DNA of 64,000 bases from Candidatus Iainarchaeum sp. (GTDB lineage: Archaea; B1Sed10-29; WALL01). Both the position numbers and the translations under genes were made by a program. Numbering within the stretch: position 1 is the stretch's first letter; the number at the start of each line of letters is the position of its first letter. The notes below the pieces were generated by a model, which worked only from the letters and a program-made list of their open reading frames with translations, ran no database searches and was not told where the DNA came from. The stretch is from NCBI GenBank assembly GCA_023129115.1, contig JAGMCR010000002.1:64001-128000 (forward strand). Direction: 5' to 3'. This document shows, piece by piece, positions 1-10,298 of this stretch.

Positions 1-469
1 TCTTGACCGTGCCATAGTTTTCCATTATCTTTTGCAGCGCCAGTCCCGCGGCGTCCTTCTGCCGCTTTGTGTTCCCCTTCGCATTATTATAATACTGGCA
101 CGCCTCGTTCTTCCTGCGCCTCGCACAAATTTCGTAAAAGCTGTGGTGGTCTGCTGCCTCAAGAATCGGGTCGACGCAAGTGTACTTCCTGCCCACAATA
201 TCCGCGGCCGTGAACTGCAGCTTGTTTTTCTCGGCGAGCGCCTTTATTTCGTCGACAGCGATTTTGTGCTGGCTGATTTTTGGCGTAAGGAAAAAAACGG
301 CTTTATTTTCCTCTAATGCATAAGTAATCGCCGGGGAAAGAACGGCAGCCGTCTTGCCAATTCCCGTCGGGGCGTGCACAAGCAAGTGCTTCCGCTCGCT
401 GACGCACTTGTAGACGTCGCCTATCATCTCTTTCTGGTGCGGCCGTGGCCGCTCGTGCGAAAAGAACAT
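1..469 (-). CDS. xpd: XPD/Rad3/DinG-family DNA helicase, N-terminal part (runs off window)
   Basis: Manual translation MFFSHERPRPHQKEM...HAPTGIGKTAA: Q motif, Walker A, then Fe-S-type cysteines (KYTC...EIC...AC). Not in the ORF track. Confidence 0.85.
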   Translation of the reverse strand, partial: MFFSHERPRPHQKEMIGDVYKCVSERKHLLVHAPTGIGKTAAVLSPAITYALEENKAVFFLTPKISQHKIAVDEIKALAEKNKLQFTAADIVGRKYTCVDPILEAADHHSFYEICARRRKNEACQYYNNAKGNTKRQKDAAGLALQKIMENYGTVK

Positions 470-563
470 TGCTCCCCACTAATTATACTCCATTAGCATA
501 TAAAAGCCAGTAGTTACGGCTTGCCGAGAAAGCTTTTAAACCCCGCGGGCAATAATTATTCAG

Positions 564-1169
564 GTGGTTTTGGTGGAGAAAGACGAGCGCCGGGAAATGG
601 AAAACAGGTTCCTTACATTGCACATAATCGACATGCTGCACGAGGCCGAACGCGACAAGAAACAGGAGCCTTTTGTCGAGGAGGTCCTGGAGCGCATGGC
701 TTCGCTCGGCAAGATGGCGGACAGGCCCCGCAGCATGAGTGTGAATGAGATGTTTTACCATGCCCTGAATGGCATGACTGCGGAGGGAAAGGAAAACGAC
801 CCACACTTCAGGAAGGCAGCGGTTATGTTCAACGACCTCTTCCAGAGGACGCCAAAAATTGAGAGCGGCATAAACTACTGGAGCGACAAAGACCTCGAGG
901 AAAAGTTCAACGAAAAGCATGCGGACGTCAAGGAAAAAATGCCCAAAATGGCCGAGGGCCCCTATCAAAACTGGAGCCCCCAAATTGAGGGGCACTTGGA
1001 CCGGATTTATGCCCGGGCGAAAAAGCACGGATTGTACGGCCACAGCCAGGCGTTCCACAAGGCATTCGTCGGCACGCTGAAGGAAGTCGGCAAGGCAAAC
1101 GTCAGCGGCGGCTGGAAGCCAAAAGTATCAAAGCCAAAAGTCATTCCCAAGTCCCACGCCAAGAAGTAA
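564..1169 (+). CDS. hypothetical protein
   Basis: 201 aa ORF, TTTTAAA promoter-like box upstream, no motif recognised. Confidence 0.65.
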   Translation: MVLVEKDERREMENRFLTLHIIDMLHEAERDKKQEPFVEEVLERMASLGKMADRPRSMSVNEMFYHALNGMTAEGKENDPHFRKAAVMFNDLFQRTPKIESGINYWSDKDLEEKFNEKHADVKEKMPKMAEGPYQNWSPQIEGHLDRIYARAKKHGLYGHSQAFHKAFVGTLKEVGKANVSGGWKPKVSKPKVIPKSHAKK

Positions 1170-1326
1170 CATACTTCCTGAACACTTCCCTGCTCAAAAC
1201 TCAAACAAGTCCCTCGCGTCACTCCAGTCTTTGAGGGCGTGCTTCTTCGGGTACTCCCCCCACTCTTTGTTTGCCTCCAAGCAACTGCTGGCGGCACTCG
1301 GCGTGTATTCTCGCATTACACGACAC

Positions 1327-1680
1327 CTACGCAACGACTTCCACGACGAATTCTTTGGGGTCCTTCACCCGCAACTCTACTTCAGTGGCCTTCGTGAGGT
1401 GGAGTGTCCTGGCTATGTCAGCCGGAATCCGGAGAACAAGCGACCTGCCGCTCTCGCTCAAGTGCCTCCGCAGGCTCACTTGCTGCAGGTGAATTCCCTC
1501 CATCAACTTGTCAACCTTCTTCATCTGCTCAGGTGTGAAAAGCTCCTGCTTGCACTTAGGGCAATACTGGACTTCCACGTCCCTCAAAATAACTTTCCCG
1601 TCGTAAAAATCAACCGTGGTTTTGGAACTAACCAATTCACCGTTGCACACGGGGCATTTCTCACTCCACTTCTTTTTCAT
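1327..1680 (-). CDS. YgiT/MqsA-type zinc finger plus AbrB-like domain, putative antitoxin
   Basis: CPVC...CPKC followed by SGRSLVLRIPADIARTL (AbrB/MazE-like). Confidence 0.75.
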   Translation of the reverse strand: MKKKWSEKCPVCNGELVSSKTTVDFYDGKVILRDVEVQYCPKCKQELFTPEQMKKVDKLMEGIHLQQVSLRRHLSESGRSLVLRIPADIARTLHLTKATEVELRVKDPKEFVVEVVA

Positions 1681-1945
1681 AAGCCTCCCTTTCCCATCTC
1701 TTGCTTTCCCAACAACTCTTGATGACCAACACTTTTTTCACGAGCACACTCAACGTCAAACACTTCTGGCCCAGCTTGCACACGGTCCGGACCTTGCTGC
1801 CGTCCTGCGAATCCGGGAATGAAACACCTTTCACCAAAGCATTCTTGACGTCACTCTGCGTGAAATTCCGTTCCTTCAGCCGCTTCAGGGCATGACGCGT
1901 GATGAAAAACCTGCCCTGTCTTGCCAAGCGCCCGATTTCATCCAT
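1661..1945 (-). CDS. DUF4258 family putative toxin
   Basis: FITRHALKRLKERNFTQSDV motif; overlaps the downstream zinc-finger gene as in TA pairs. Confidence 0.75.
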   Translation of the reverse strand: MDEIGRLARQGRFFITRHALKRLKERNFTQSDVKNALVKGVSFPDSQDGSKVRTVCKLGQKCLTLSVLVKKVLVIKSCWESKRWEREAYEKEVE

Positions 1946-2025
1946 TTTTCATCACACAATGTTATTACAAATGGTGTATAAAAAGCTTTTGCTCAAAAAC
2001 TATTTATATGCGTTTGCATATAACA

Positions 2026-2310
2026 ATGGATATGGCGAAGACTGCTGTTTTGCCTCCCATCAAAATTGGGAGGCAGATGCTTGAGAGGCTTGACGAGCTC
2101 GTGGAAAAAGGGAGCTACAGGAGCCGGAGCGACGCGGTCAGGCACGCGATTGCGTTTATTGTGCGGGACTACGAGGCTTCTATGAAGGTGAGGGAAGAGG
2201 CAGTGCAGATGGTCAGGAAAGCAAGGAAAGAGATTGACGAGGAGTGCTTGAAGGAAGCCGGCGGCGACGAAGAAAAGGCCTGGGAAATTTTTATCAAGAA
2301 ATACACCTAA
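2026..2310 (+). CDS. ribbon-helix-helix (CopG/Arc/MetJ) protein
   Basis: LERLDELVEKGSYRSRSDAVRHAI; ATG 2026 after TTTATAT box. Confidence 0.8.
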   Translation: MDMAKTAVLPPIKIGRQMLERLDELVEKGSYRSRSDAVRHAIAFIVRDYEASMKVREEAVQMVRKARKEIDEECLKEAGGDEEKAWEIFIKKYT

Positions 2311-2464
2311 ACAAGCTCTTCCAACAGTTTTGTTTTCATTTCTGAGAACGCGGCCTCGTACAATGCATTGTCGTCAGTGACAAAATCCCCCACCACCGTT
2401 TACCACTACATATTCACAAAGCTATCGATTTTGTAGTGGTAAATCCCCTTAAATAAAGAAAAGC

Positions 2465-3664
2465 CTACGCATTGACGAGGTATTTCCTCATTACTTCGCG
2501 AGACCTGAAGCGATGCAATAATTCTGAATGTGGCTCCCAACCGTGTTTCAGGGGCGTTCTCGTGCTTATCTCTTCCAACATCTCTTTCAAAGTGGCAAAC
2601 TTCGTTGGTTTGGTGGTTATTGTATTCCTGACTGTTTCGCGTATTACCCAAACCCCAACCGGCGTCCAATAATCCGGAGTAATCTCCCTGAACACAATCA
2701 CGCCCGCCTGCCGCTTGATTTTCTTCAAGTGCTCCAATACCCCGAGCCGCGCCGCGTAATACGCGCCCGTAACGCTGTCCGCGTACTTCTTCCGGCCCTC
2801 GTACGGCTCCCAGTCCCTCGCGAACTCGGGGTCCGCCGTGCTGTCCAGCCAAATGTTCCCCGGCATCCACGCCTCCACGTTCTCGAAACACCAATTCCCC
2901 GGGACTAGTAATACTTCAAAATGGTTCCCGAGGTACGTGCTCGCGAACAGCAAGTGCTCGTCCAGCTCCCGGAACTCTTTCACTTCCTCAATCATCTGCT
3001 TGCCAATCGTGTCGTCCGTCGCAGTGATGCTCCACCGCGTCGGCACCATTTTCTTGTCAATCCCAAGCAACCCAACCGACATAATCTTGGACAACTGGCT
3101 GACCGCCACGTCCTTGTCGTACATTTTCTGGATTTGCTCCGCCGCCTTCAATTCGTCGCTCACGACGGCGTCGACTTTTCGCGGAATCCTCGCGTTCTCC
3201 GTGGTCCGGAACTTTTCGAGCACACCGGTCTGGCCGAACGGCGCGCTCGTCGAGTCAAAAGAAGGCATCGCGCTTACCCGCGAGAACGTTGCTTCGGTGT
3301 CCACGGCGCGCACGCTCATCGAAATGTCCTGCATCTCCATTAAATCGCGAGAAGGATTAGTCGCGTAGACAGAAAGCGGCTCCTTCGTCCGCACCAAGCG
3401 GTACCGCATCTCCACGAGCTTCTCAAGGGGCGTGCCGTACCACTCCTCGGGCGAGTCGCTCACGTGCCCATAAGGCGAAATCATGGGCCCCGCCTGCACG
3501 CGTGGGTAGCCGTACCTCCCCACAAACACGCTCGGCGACTCGCCGGAAACCTCTTTTTTAATAGGCTTCAATTTCCCGAGCGCCTTGGCCTTCTCCACGC
3601 GCGGGCACACTGGCTTGCCGCACAAAAACCGAGTCCCCTTGCACTTGACACAAAGACTCTGCAC
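2465..3664 (-). CDS. nreA: Nre family archaeal DNA repair protein
   Basis: CVKCKGTRFLCGKPVCP, SPSVFVGRYGYP, VPTRWSITATD, GVWVIRE; start estimated at GTG 3664. Confidence 0.9.
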   Translation of the reverse strand: MQSLCVKCKGTRFLCGKPVCPRVEKAKALGKLKPIKKEVSGESPSVFVGRYGYPRVQAGPMISPYGHVSDSPEEWYGTPLEKLVEMRYRLVRTKEPLSVYATNPSRDLMEMQDISMSVRAVDTEATFSRVSAMPSFDSTSAPFGQTGVLEKFRTTENARIPRKVDAVVSDELKAAEQIQKMYDKDVAVSQLSKIMSVGLLGIDKKMVPTRWSITATDDTIGKQMIEEVKEFRELDEHLLFASTYLGNHFEVLLVPGNWCFENVEAWMPGNIWLDSTADPEFARDWEPYEGRKKYADSVTGAYYAARLGVLEHLKKIKRQAGVIVFREITPDYWTPVGVWVIRETVRNTITTKPTKFATLKEMLEEISTRTPLKHGWEPHSELLHRFRSREVMRKYLVNA

Positions 3665-3720
3665 ACTATCCGTTACGAAGGGCTGAATAAAAAAGCCCCC
3701 GGCTGTGGCTTGCCGAGGAG

Positions 3721-5229
3721 TTAGGGGCAGGTCCCCGACTGCGGCACCGTGCACTTGGCAGACGTGTACGTGTTCGATGAGCCCATTTGCGTGCCAGTGC
3801 AGTCAAAGTCCCACGAGTCCCACGCGCCACTGCTGCAGACCCTATTGTTGTTCAGCGTATTCGGCGGGCCACCGATAAAGATGCCGTACCAGTTGCTCTG
3901 CAGTACGTTGTCACTGTACGTGTTGCCGCCGGCGCGGTCCTCCACGCCCATTTGGTTGTGGTCTATGTTGTTGAGGCGCAGTGTCCCACCACTACTCCCC
4001 GCTCCAATCACGACGCCGGCGTTCCCGGAGTTCATGATGTCATTGTCGTCCAGCCGGAAATTTGGCACGCTTTCCAGCCGGATGCCATAAATATTATGCA
4101 TCGTGAACGAGTTGTGCATGAACTGTGGGCCCACTGCACCCGTCACGTAAGCACCGATTTGGTTGTTCGCGAAATTGCTGTCCTCCACCCGGGCATTGTT
4201 CCCCTGGATGTACACGCCGTAGTTGAACGACGTAACCACGCAATTCTTTATCCGGGCATTGGCGGCGCCACCCGTCACATATATCCCATTCCCCCCGCCA
4301 GAGCCACTCAGCTGCTTGTTGTTGCAGTTCAGCGTCGCGCCGCTGGACCCGCCCCCAAACCTAACGCCGTCCCCCGCAGTGCACGCCAGGTTGCTCGAAA
4401 GCGTGTAGTACCCGCCAGTTGTTATCTCGTACCCACACTCGCCAATAAGCAAGTGGCACATCCCACTGATTTCGACACCACACTCCGAATCGTCGCAGTC
4501 CGTGTCGCCGTCGCAGTCATTGTCCTTCCCGTCGAAGCACGTTTCTCCCGCCCCCATGCCCTCCGCAGCGCCGGGGTTGATTGCTGGGTCCGTGTCGTCG
4601 CAGTCCACGTCGCTCGTGTATCCATCGTCGTCGTTGTCGACGGGCACTTCGCACGCCGGGTGCGTGCTGCAGTCTTCTGTGTCTGCGCAGTCGATTTTGC
4701 CGTCGCAGTCATTGTCCTTTTCGTCCGTGCATACTTCTGTCGCGCCGGGGTGCACTGCTGAGTCACTGTCGTCGCAGTCTTTCTGCGGGTAAGTGCATTC
4801 ACCAGAGGCCGGGTCGCCGTAGCCGTCCCCGTCATTGTCACTGCACTCCTCTGGCTCCATTTCGCCGCTGACGCCCTCGACATAGTAGCTGCTCCCCCCT
4901 ATGTAGACGTCGTGCTTTTCGCCGCTCGCGTCAGTAAGCGAGCCCACGCGCTTGGCAGTGCCGGGAATGCTGTCCAGGCTCAATACGTGGCTGTCCCCTC
5001 CCTTTACCAGCTCGGCCGGCAGCGAGCCAGGGTCGTCGGCACTGAAGGGCGCGGAGTAAGACACGAGCTCCACCCCGTTCGTGGCGAACGTGTACTTGTC
5101 TTCTTCAACAACAGCCGCCGTCTTCGGCGCAGCCATTAGGGTGTTCGCAACAACCACGACGACTACGGCAATCGCGAGAATAGCCGCCAGTATTAGTAAA
5201 TATTCGAGAGAACCCTGTGCCTTTTTCAT
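3721..5229 (-). CDS. class III signal peptide surface protein with Asp/Cys repeats and beta-helix
   Basis: KKAQGSLEYLL prepilin motif; DCDD...PGA.E.C.D.KDNDCDG repeats; parallel beta-helix C-terminus. Confidence 0.85.
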   Translation of the reverse strand: MKKAQGSLEYLLILAAILAIAVVVVVVANTLMAAPKTAAVVEEDKYTFATNGVELVSYSAPFSADDPGSLPAELVKGGDSHVLSLDSIPGTAKRVGSLTDASGEKHDVYIGGSSYYVEGVSGEMEPEECSDNDGDGYGDPASGECTYPQKDCDDSDSAVHPGATEVCTDEKDNDCDGKIDCADTEDCSTHPACEVPVDNDDDGYTSDVDCDDTDPAINPGAAEGMGAGETCFDGKDNDCDGDTDCDDSECGVEISGMCHLLIGECGYEITTGGYYTLSSNLACTAGDGVRFGGGSSGATLNCNNKQLSGSGGGNGIYVTGGAANARIKNCVVTSFNYGVYIQGNNARVEDSNFANNQIGAYVTGAVGPQFMHNSFTMHNIYGIRLESVPNFRLDDNDIMNSGNAGVVIGAGSSGGTLRLNNIDHNQMGVEDRAGGNTYSDNVLQSNWYGIFIGGPPNTLNNNRVCSSGAWDSWDFDCTGTQMGSSNTYTSAKCTVPQSGTCP

Positions 5230-5292
5230 GCTTGCCACCCTAGGTTATCACTACTGAAAATAACTATATAACCCTTGGGGGTGGGTTAGGGC

Positions 5293-8200
5293 TCAGGCCC
5301 AGCACGCTTCTATGGGGCAGCACGCGTCGTCGATGCACGGCATCCACTTCCCGCACGCCGCAGCCCCGCCTATTGGGTCGTAGCACTGCGTCATGTCAAG
5401 GCCCTGGCACTGGCTGCCCCACGAGCAGGAACACTCCTCGAGCATATACCAGCAGCCCCCTATCGGCATGCACGTGGGATTGGCACAAGTCTCGGTGTTC
5501 ACCGTGCAGTCCACGAACCCCGGCTCAAGGCACGAGTCCGCGTCAAAGTCCCCGCACGCACTGTAACCAGTTTTGGTAGGGTTGCAGTACCTTGGGTCGT
5601 TAAGCGTGCACTCGTCACTGCAGTCTTCCACGCATTGGCCGTTCAGGCATTTCTCGCCCGCCCGGCATGTTGCTCCTATCGCCCACTCATAGCAGCCGTC
5701 GTCATTGTAGTCGCCGCACACCGTAGTTACGGTTTGGCTGGCACAGCCTCTCTCGCCCACTGAGCACTCGTCCTGGCAAGGCTCCTCCTTGCAGCTTCCG
5801 CCGCAGTGGTCGTATCCACAGCCCGTGCTTATGGTGTCGTAGCACTCGAGGCTGGGGTCCGCGTTACAGGCGCTGGCCATATTGCCGAATAGGGCAGCAC
5901 ATGTAGCCCCTTGCAGGCACATCGTGACAGGTCCACTGGTAGTATCATACTTGTAGTATGCAATCGGTATATTGGGATAATAGTCCCTCGACTCACTGCA
6001 TGTGATGCATCCAGGGTCATAGTCGCAGTCGCACCAGCCAGTCCCGCAGCCGCCGGTTGTGGAGTCATAACATTCTGTCCCGACCCAGCAGTCCCCGGCT
6101 TCCATGATTATGTCGCAAGCCGTGTTACCGCACTTCCACGGCTCTCCGTAGTCAGACGTCAGCCACGCCGGCGTCCCCGTTTGCTTCAGGCACGCCTCAC
6201 ACTGCGACGTACATTTTGATTGGACACACGTGTAGCCCGGGTCACAGTCAGCATCACTGTCGCACCCTATGCCTGTGCAGTAGTCCTCGTCGCACCCGGT
6301 GGCATTGTCGTAGCATGTCCAGTGCAGCATTGGCCCGCCCCCGGGCGGGAACTCCCAGCACGCCGCGTCCTCTTTGCAGCTCCTGATTTCCCCACTCGCG
6401 TCACAGATGAAGCCCAGCCCGCTGTCGACGTACACGCCACTCTTGCCGTACACACAGCTCGTGCACGCGTCTGGGTAAATGCACTCGCCCGAGGAGCACA
6501 CTTGGCCCATCCCGCACGCCGTTTGCGTGCCGCCCCAGTCCGTGCAGCCGTCACTGTCGCTGTCGGCGCACACTACATAGCTGTCGCCGACGCACTTCTT
6601 CGTGTTCAGCGTGCACGCGTCCTCGCATGGCGTCGCCTGGTACACGCACTCGCCGTCTATGCACTTGTAATTCTCGCCGCACACGCTCAGCTGTGCCCAC
6701 TCCTTGCAGCCGTCCTCGTCAATGTCCATGCAGAGGTTCAGGTGCGTGAGGTTCACGCACTTGTTGGCAGTGCACTCGTCCTCGCACGGGACACAGTACC
6801 CCGCATCGCAGTCCTTCTTACTCTCCACACAGTTCTCTGCCAGAGTGCCGCAGCACGTTATCGCCAGGCCGCCGGAGCACACCCTCGCGTCCTTGGCCTT
6901 CCCGTCGCACTCCTTGTAGAAGTTCTTGCACACAGACTCGCACTCCGCGTGGCAGATGCCGTCGCCCTTCGTGCAGTCGGTCTGGCACGCCGTGGAGGAC
7001 ACGCACGCTCCGTCCACGCAAGTCTCGCCGCTCCCACAGAAAGTTGTGTCCCCCCACTCATAGCACCCGTCGTCATTGTAGTCGGCGCACACGGAGTAGC
7101 CAGTGGCCTCGGCCTCGCACCTCTTCGCGCCGTTGGTGCACTCGCTCGTGCACTCTTCCACGCACGCGCCGCCCTCGCACACTTCTCCTTCCCCGCAGTA
7201 AACAGCGGGCCCCCACTCGTAGCAAATGTCTTCGTCGTAGTCGCCGCACACATAGTATGCATTTGTATCGGGAACGCATTCCTTCGCGCCTTTCGGAGTG
7301 CACTGGTCGCTGCAGTCATCTGCGACGCACACGCCGCCGCTGCAGTCCTTTCCGGTGCCGCAGTCGGTCTCGCCGCCCCACTCAAGGCAGTCGTCCTCGT
7401 CGTAGTCGCCGCACACCTCGTACGCCGTGAAGCCGCTCGTGCACCGCTTGCTGCCCTCCGGGGAGCAGTCGTTGATGCAGCACGGGCCACAATCGTCCTC
7501 GCAGCTCTCGCAGGTCTCGAAGCCATTGCACATGCCGTCCCCGCAGTAGTCCGTGACGCACGCCCCGCAGTCCGCCACGCATGAGTCGCAGTCCTCTCCG
7601 CCCTCGGTGTCGCACACCCCGTCGCCGCAGTGCTCTTCCCCGCACTCGCCGCAGTCCTCCGGGCACGTGCTGCAGTACTCTTCTGCCGCCGCGCTGCACA
7701 CTCCGTTGCCACAGAACTCTCCAGGGCAGTCGCCGCAGTCCTCCGGGCACGTGGTGCAGTCCTCTTCGTCGCCGCACTCCCCGTCGCCGCAGTGCTCCAC
7801 CGCGCACGGCCCGCAGTCCTTGGCGCAAATCTCGCAGTCCTCGTCGTCGCCGCACACGTGGTTGCCGCAGAATTCTTCGTCGGCCTCTCCGCAGTCCCCG
7901 GGGCAGCTCTCCTTGTCCTCTCCAGTGTTGCACGTGCCGTCGCCGCACACGGGCTTCTTGTCTATGTGGAACTTTCTGGTCCTGCCCCCACCGCCTCCTC
8001 CGGCGGGCGGGAAGGAGTGGTAGACCTTGTAGGTGTCCCCGCTCGCGTCATGGATTTCGCCGACTTCTTCGGCGTCGGAGGGCGGCGCCGAAACGTCAAA
8101 AAAGTAGTCTTGCCCGCCTATCTCGAGCTTTGTTGGTGCCGTGCCCATGGGGTCCCTTGGGTTGTACGGCTCGTCGTACCCAATTACGTTGATGCCCTTG

Positions 8201-8349
8201 AGGGCGAGGGCAGTGATGTCTGCCTTGATTACTGCCTCTTCTGTTGGCGCACCCATCAATGAGTTCAGCACCAAAACAATTACTACCCCGATTGCCAGGA
8301 TAGCGGCGAGAATCATAAGGTATTCAAGAGAGCCTTGCCCACGCTTCAT
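5293..8349 (-). CDS. class III signal peptide, very Cys-rich repeat surface protein
   Basis: KRGQGSLEYLM motif; CGDGxC...CxxCPxDCG and CGDYxxDxCxEW repeats. Confidence 0.85.
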   Translation of the reverse strand: MKRGQGSLEYLMILAAILAIGVVIVLVLNSLMGAPTEEAVIKADITALALKGINVIGYDEPYNPRDPMGTAPTKLEIGGQDYFFDVSAPPSDAEEVGEIHDASGDTYKVYHSFPPAGGGGGGRTRKFHIDKKPVCGDGTCNTGEDKESCPGDCGEADEEFCGNHVCGDDEDCEICAKDCGPCAVEHCGDGECGDEEDCTTCPEDCGDCPGEFCGNGVCSAAAEEYCSTCPEDCGECGEEHCGDGVCDTEGGEDCDSCVADCGACVTDYCGDGMCNGFETCESCEDDCGPCCINDCSPEGSKRCTSGFTAYEVCGDYDEDDCLEWGGETDCGTGKDCSGGVCVADDCSDQCTPKGAKECVPDTNAYYVCGDYDEDICYEWGPAVYCGEGEVCEGGACVEECTSECTNGAKRCEAEATGYSVCADYNDDGCYEWGDTTFCGSGETCVDGACVSSTACQTDCTKGDGICHAECESVCKNFYKECDGKAKDARVCSGGLAITCCGTLAENCVESKKDCDAGYCVPCEDECTANKCVNLTHLNLCMDIDEDGCKEWAQLSVCGENYKCIDGECVYQATPCEDACTLNTKKCVGDSYVVCADSDSDGCTDWGGTQTACGMGQVCSSGECIYPDACTSCVYGKSGVYVDSGLGFICDASGEIRSCKEDAACWEFPPGGGPMLHWTCYDNATGCDEDYCTGIGCDSDADCDPGYTCVQSKCTSQCEACLKQTGTPAWLTSDYGEPWKCGNTACDIIMEAGDCWVGTECYDSTTGGCGTGWCDCDYDPGCITCSESRDYYPNIPIAYYKYDTTSGPVTMCLQGATCAALFGNMASACNADPSLECYDTISTGCGYDHCGGSCKEEPCQDECSVGERGCASQTVTTVCGDYNDDGCYEWAIGATCRAGEKCLNGQCVEDCSDECTLNDPRYCNPTKTGYSACGDFDADSCLEPGFVDCTVNTETCANPTCMPIGGCWYMLEECSCSWGSQCQGLDMTQCYDPIGGAAACGKWMPCIDDACCPIEACWA

Positions 8350-8396
8350 AAAACAACACCGTCCCCTTATACCAGTCATTAGGAATATATAAGGAT

Positions 8397-9140
8397 ATGG
8401 CGGCAATGATTATATTCTTTCCCGCAAATAACAATGGCGTGCCAAGAGTCGAGCAGCGCGGCAGGGAGCTATGGGTATCCATCCCAGAGGACGTAGCCAA
8501 AGCCCTCTCGGTCAATGAAGGGGACGCCCTGTCCTTTGAGCTCTTGGACAACGAATTAGCCGGAGTCCGCAAGGCCCACGCCGTTGCCGACGACGAGCTC
8601 TCGGTCCTCAAAAAATTGAACGAGGTCAAGTTCGCGCAGCGCACCAAGGACAAGGTCCGCTCAATCCTCTCCGACCCCGAGCAAAAGGCACTCGGCAAGC
8701 TCGTGAAGAAGGGCGCTGTCCAGTTCTACGAGGGCGGCAAGTACAAGGACAACGGCGTTTACTCCATTTCCCGCGACTACTACTCGTTCATTTCCAGCCA
8801 GCCAAAGAAGGCCACCAGCCCGCTGGGCCAGCAAAAATACCTGGTGACCCAGTCGCTTGACCAGGCCAGGGACATTCTCTCCAAACTCAAAAACGAGGTC
8901 AAGAGCGGCGGCGTAGTGAGCGTGCGCGGATTCGACAAAAAAGTCTACATCACCACGCGCGACGCCGTTGACACCGTGGGCAGCAAGATTGTTTCTGCCT
9001 TGGGTGCCCGGGAAAAACCTTTGGCGGAAATCGCGTCGGCGTGCGGCGAGGAAGAGGGGCTTGTGCGGACGGTGCTCGAAATCCTGCGCGAGTCGGGCGA
9101 AGTAATTGAGAAGCGCGAGGCGGTGTACGCGCTTGCCTAG
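8397..9140 (+). CDS. hypothetical protein (AbrB-like N-terminus, wHTH-like C-terminus)
   Basis: VSIPEDVAKALSVNEGD; true start may be GTG 8439. Confidence 0.65.
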   Translation: MAAMIIFFPANNNGVPRVEQRGRELWVSIPEDVAKALSVNEGDALSFELLDNELAGVRKAHAVADDELSVLKKLNEVKFAQRTKDKVRSILSDPEQKALGKLVKKGAVQFYEGGKYKDNGVYSISRDYYSFISSQPKKATSPLGQQKYLVTQSLDQARDILSKLKNEVKSGGVVSVRGFDKKVYITTRDAVDTVGSKIVSALGAREKPLAEIASACGEEEGLVRTVLEILRESGEVIEKREAVYALA

Positions 9141-9513
9141 CCCTGTCCTAATCCCTGTCCTCACGGGCCTGGAGTGGAAAAAGTCGTTCCTCCTCGAGGC
9201 CGCGGGCCAGTCGTCCCTCGCAGTCGTTGTCTACTTAATCGACCAATCCTCTGGCTTGACGGCGTTGGAGATGCAGGCGGAGATGGACGACAAGGAAGCG
9301 CTATTGAAGGAAATCGACGAAACCCTGCACTCAATCGGCAGGCGCTCAAAGATTTACAACGAGTGGGGCTCGCTCAAGGAAAAAATCCCGTTGATTGCCC
9401 AGCGCGAGAAAGTAAAGGAAATCGCTGTGCTCAAGCGCGGCAAAATGGCAGAAAAAGAAATAGAGGAAATAAAGTCGCTCGGCATTCCCGTGCGGGAAGT
9501 CGAGGCGTACTAA
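9133..9513 (+). CDS. hypothetical protein, possibly USP-like fold
   Basis: In-frame TTG at 9133 overlaps the previous stop; VLIPV...VYLID...EWGS pattern. Confidence 0.55.
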   Translation: MPSPVLIPVLTGLEWKKSFLLEAAGQSSLAVVVYLIDQSSGLTALEMQAEMDDKEALLKEIDETLHSIGRRSKIYNEWGSLKEKIPLIAQREKVKEIAVLKRGKMAEKEIEEIKSLGIPVREVEAY

Positions 9514-9728
9514 ACGCTCGCTTTCTTTACGAGGCCCTCGAAAGGGTTTTTTCCGTTTATCAGTGCTTCCAGAGCCCTCGCCGTTTCCGAGTAACGCTCT
9601 TTCTTTGACTCTATGAAGCCCCGCTCCCCAGTGGTTTCATTTTTATAGATGAGCCGGGGAATCTCGGGGTGGTCTTCGTGGTGCCATCCCTCTGGCAAAG
9701 GCTTTGTCCTGACCCTCTTCCTAATCAT
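9510..9728 (-). CDS. small hypothetical protein
   Basis: 72 aa ORF filling the gap, convergent stop overlap. Confidence 0.5.
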   Translation of the reverse strand: MIRKRVRTKPLPEGWHHEDHPEIPRLIYKNETTGERGFIESKKERYSETARALEALINGKNPFEGLVKKASV

Positions 9729-9785
9729 GTATCAATTTTTGCAACCCTTTCTTTAAAAAGCTTTTATTGCCGTGGCTTCAAAACA

Positions 9786-10298
9786 ATGGCTATGCCCAAA
9801 ACACCCGAGGAAAAGCTTGGTGGGATAAACCACCACGAGTTCAAGCATTTTGCGGACGAGATTGTCCGCCCCAAGGCACCACTCGAGCAAAAGCTGCTCT
9901 CGTTGGCAATGCACGTCCAGAAAAAAATGCGGTACGACAACAAAAGCATTGAAGTGCCGTTGATTTCCGCGTACGGCCACTGGGGCGTGGGCGACTGCTT
10001 CCAGCAGGCCGGGGCACTCGTCGGCCTGCTCCGCTCGCAAGGAATAACCGCCGAGCTCACGGAAAACCCAAAAAGCGGGCACGCCAGCGTTGGAGTCCCG
10101 CACGAGAGCGGCAACGTCACAATCAACTACTACAAGGACAACGAAATCGGCATCCGCACCCCAGAGCTGTCGTGGAGGAGGACCAAGCACGGCAACGTAA
10201 CCGTCAGGAAGCGGGGAGAAACAAAAGAAATCCTTTCTGTCGAGAGCAGCCACCCACTCGACCAATTACTAAAAAAATTCTTCGGGGCGAAACAGTGA
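9786..10298 (+). CDS. transglutaminase-like protein
   Basis: GVGDCFQQAGALVGLLRSQGI and GHA motifs. Confidence 0.7.
   Translation: MAMPKTPEEKLGGINHHEFKHFADEIVRPKAPLEQKLLSLAMHVQKKMRYDNKSIEVPLISAYGHWGVGDCFQQAGALVGLLRSQGITAELTENPKSGHASVGVPHESGNVTINYYKDNEIGIRTPELSWRRTKHGNVTVRKRGETKEILSVESSHPLDQLLKKFFGAKQ

Noticed and set aside
6220-8262. Long + strand ORFs (454, 210, 203 aa)
   Set aside because: Antisense shadows of the GC-rich Cys-repeat gene.
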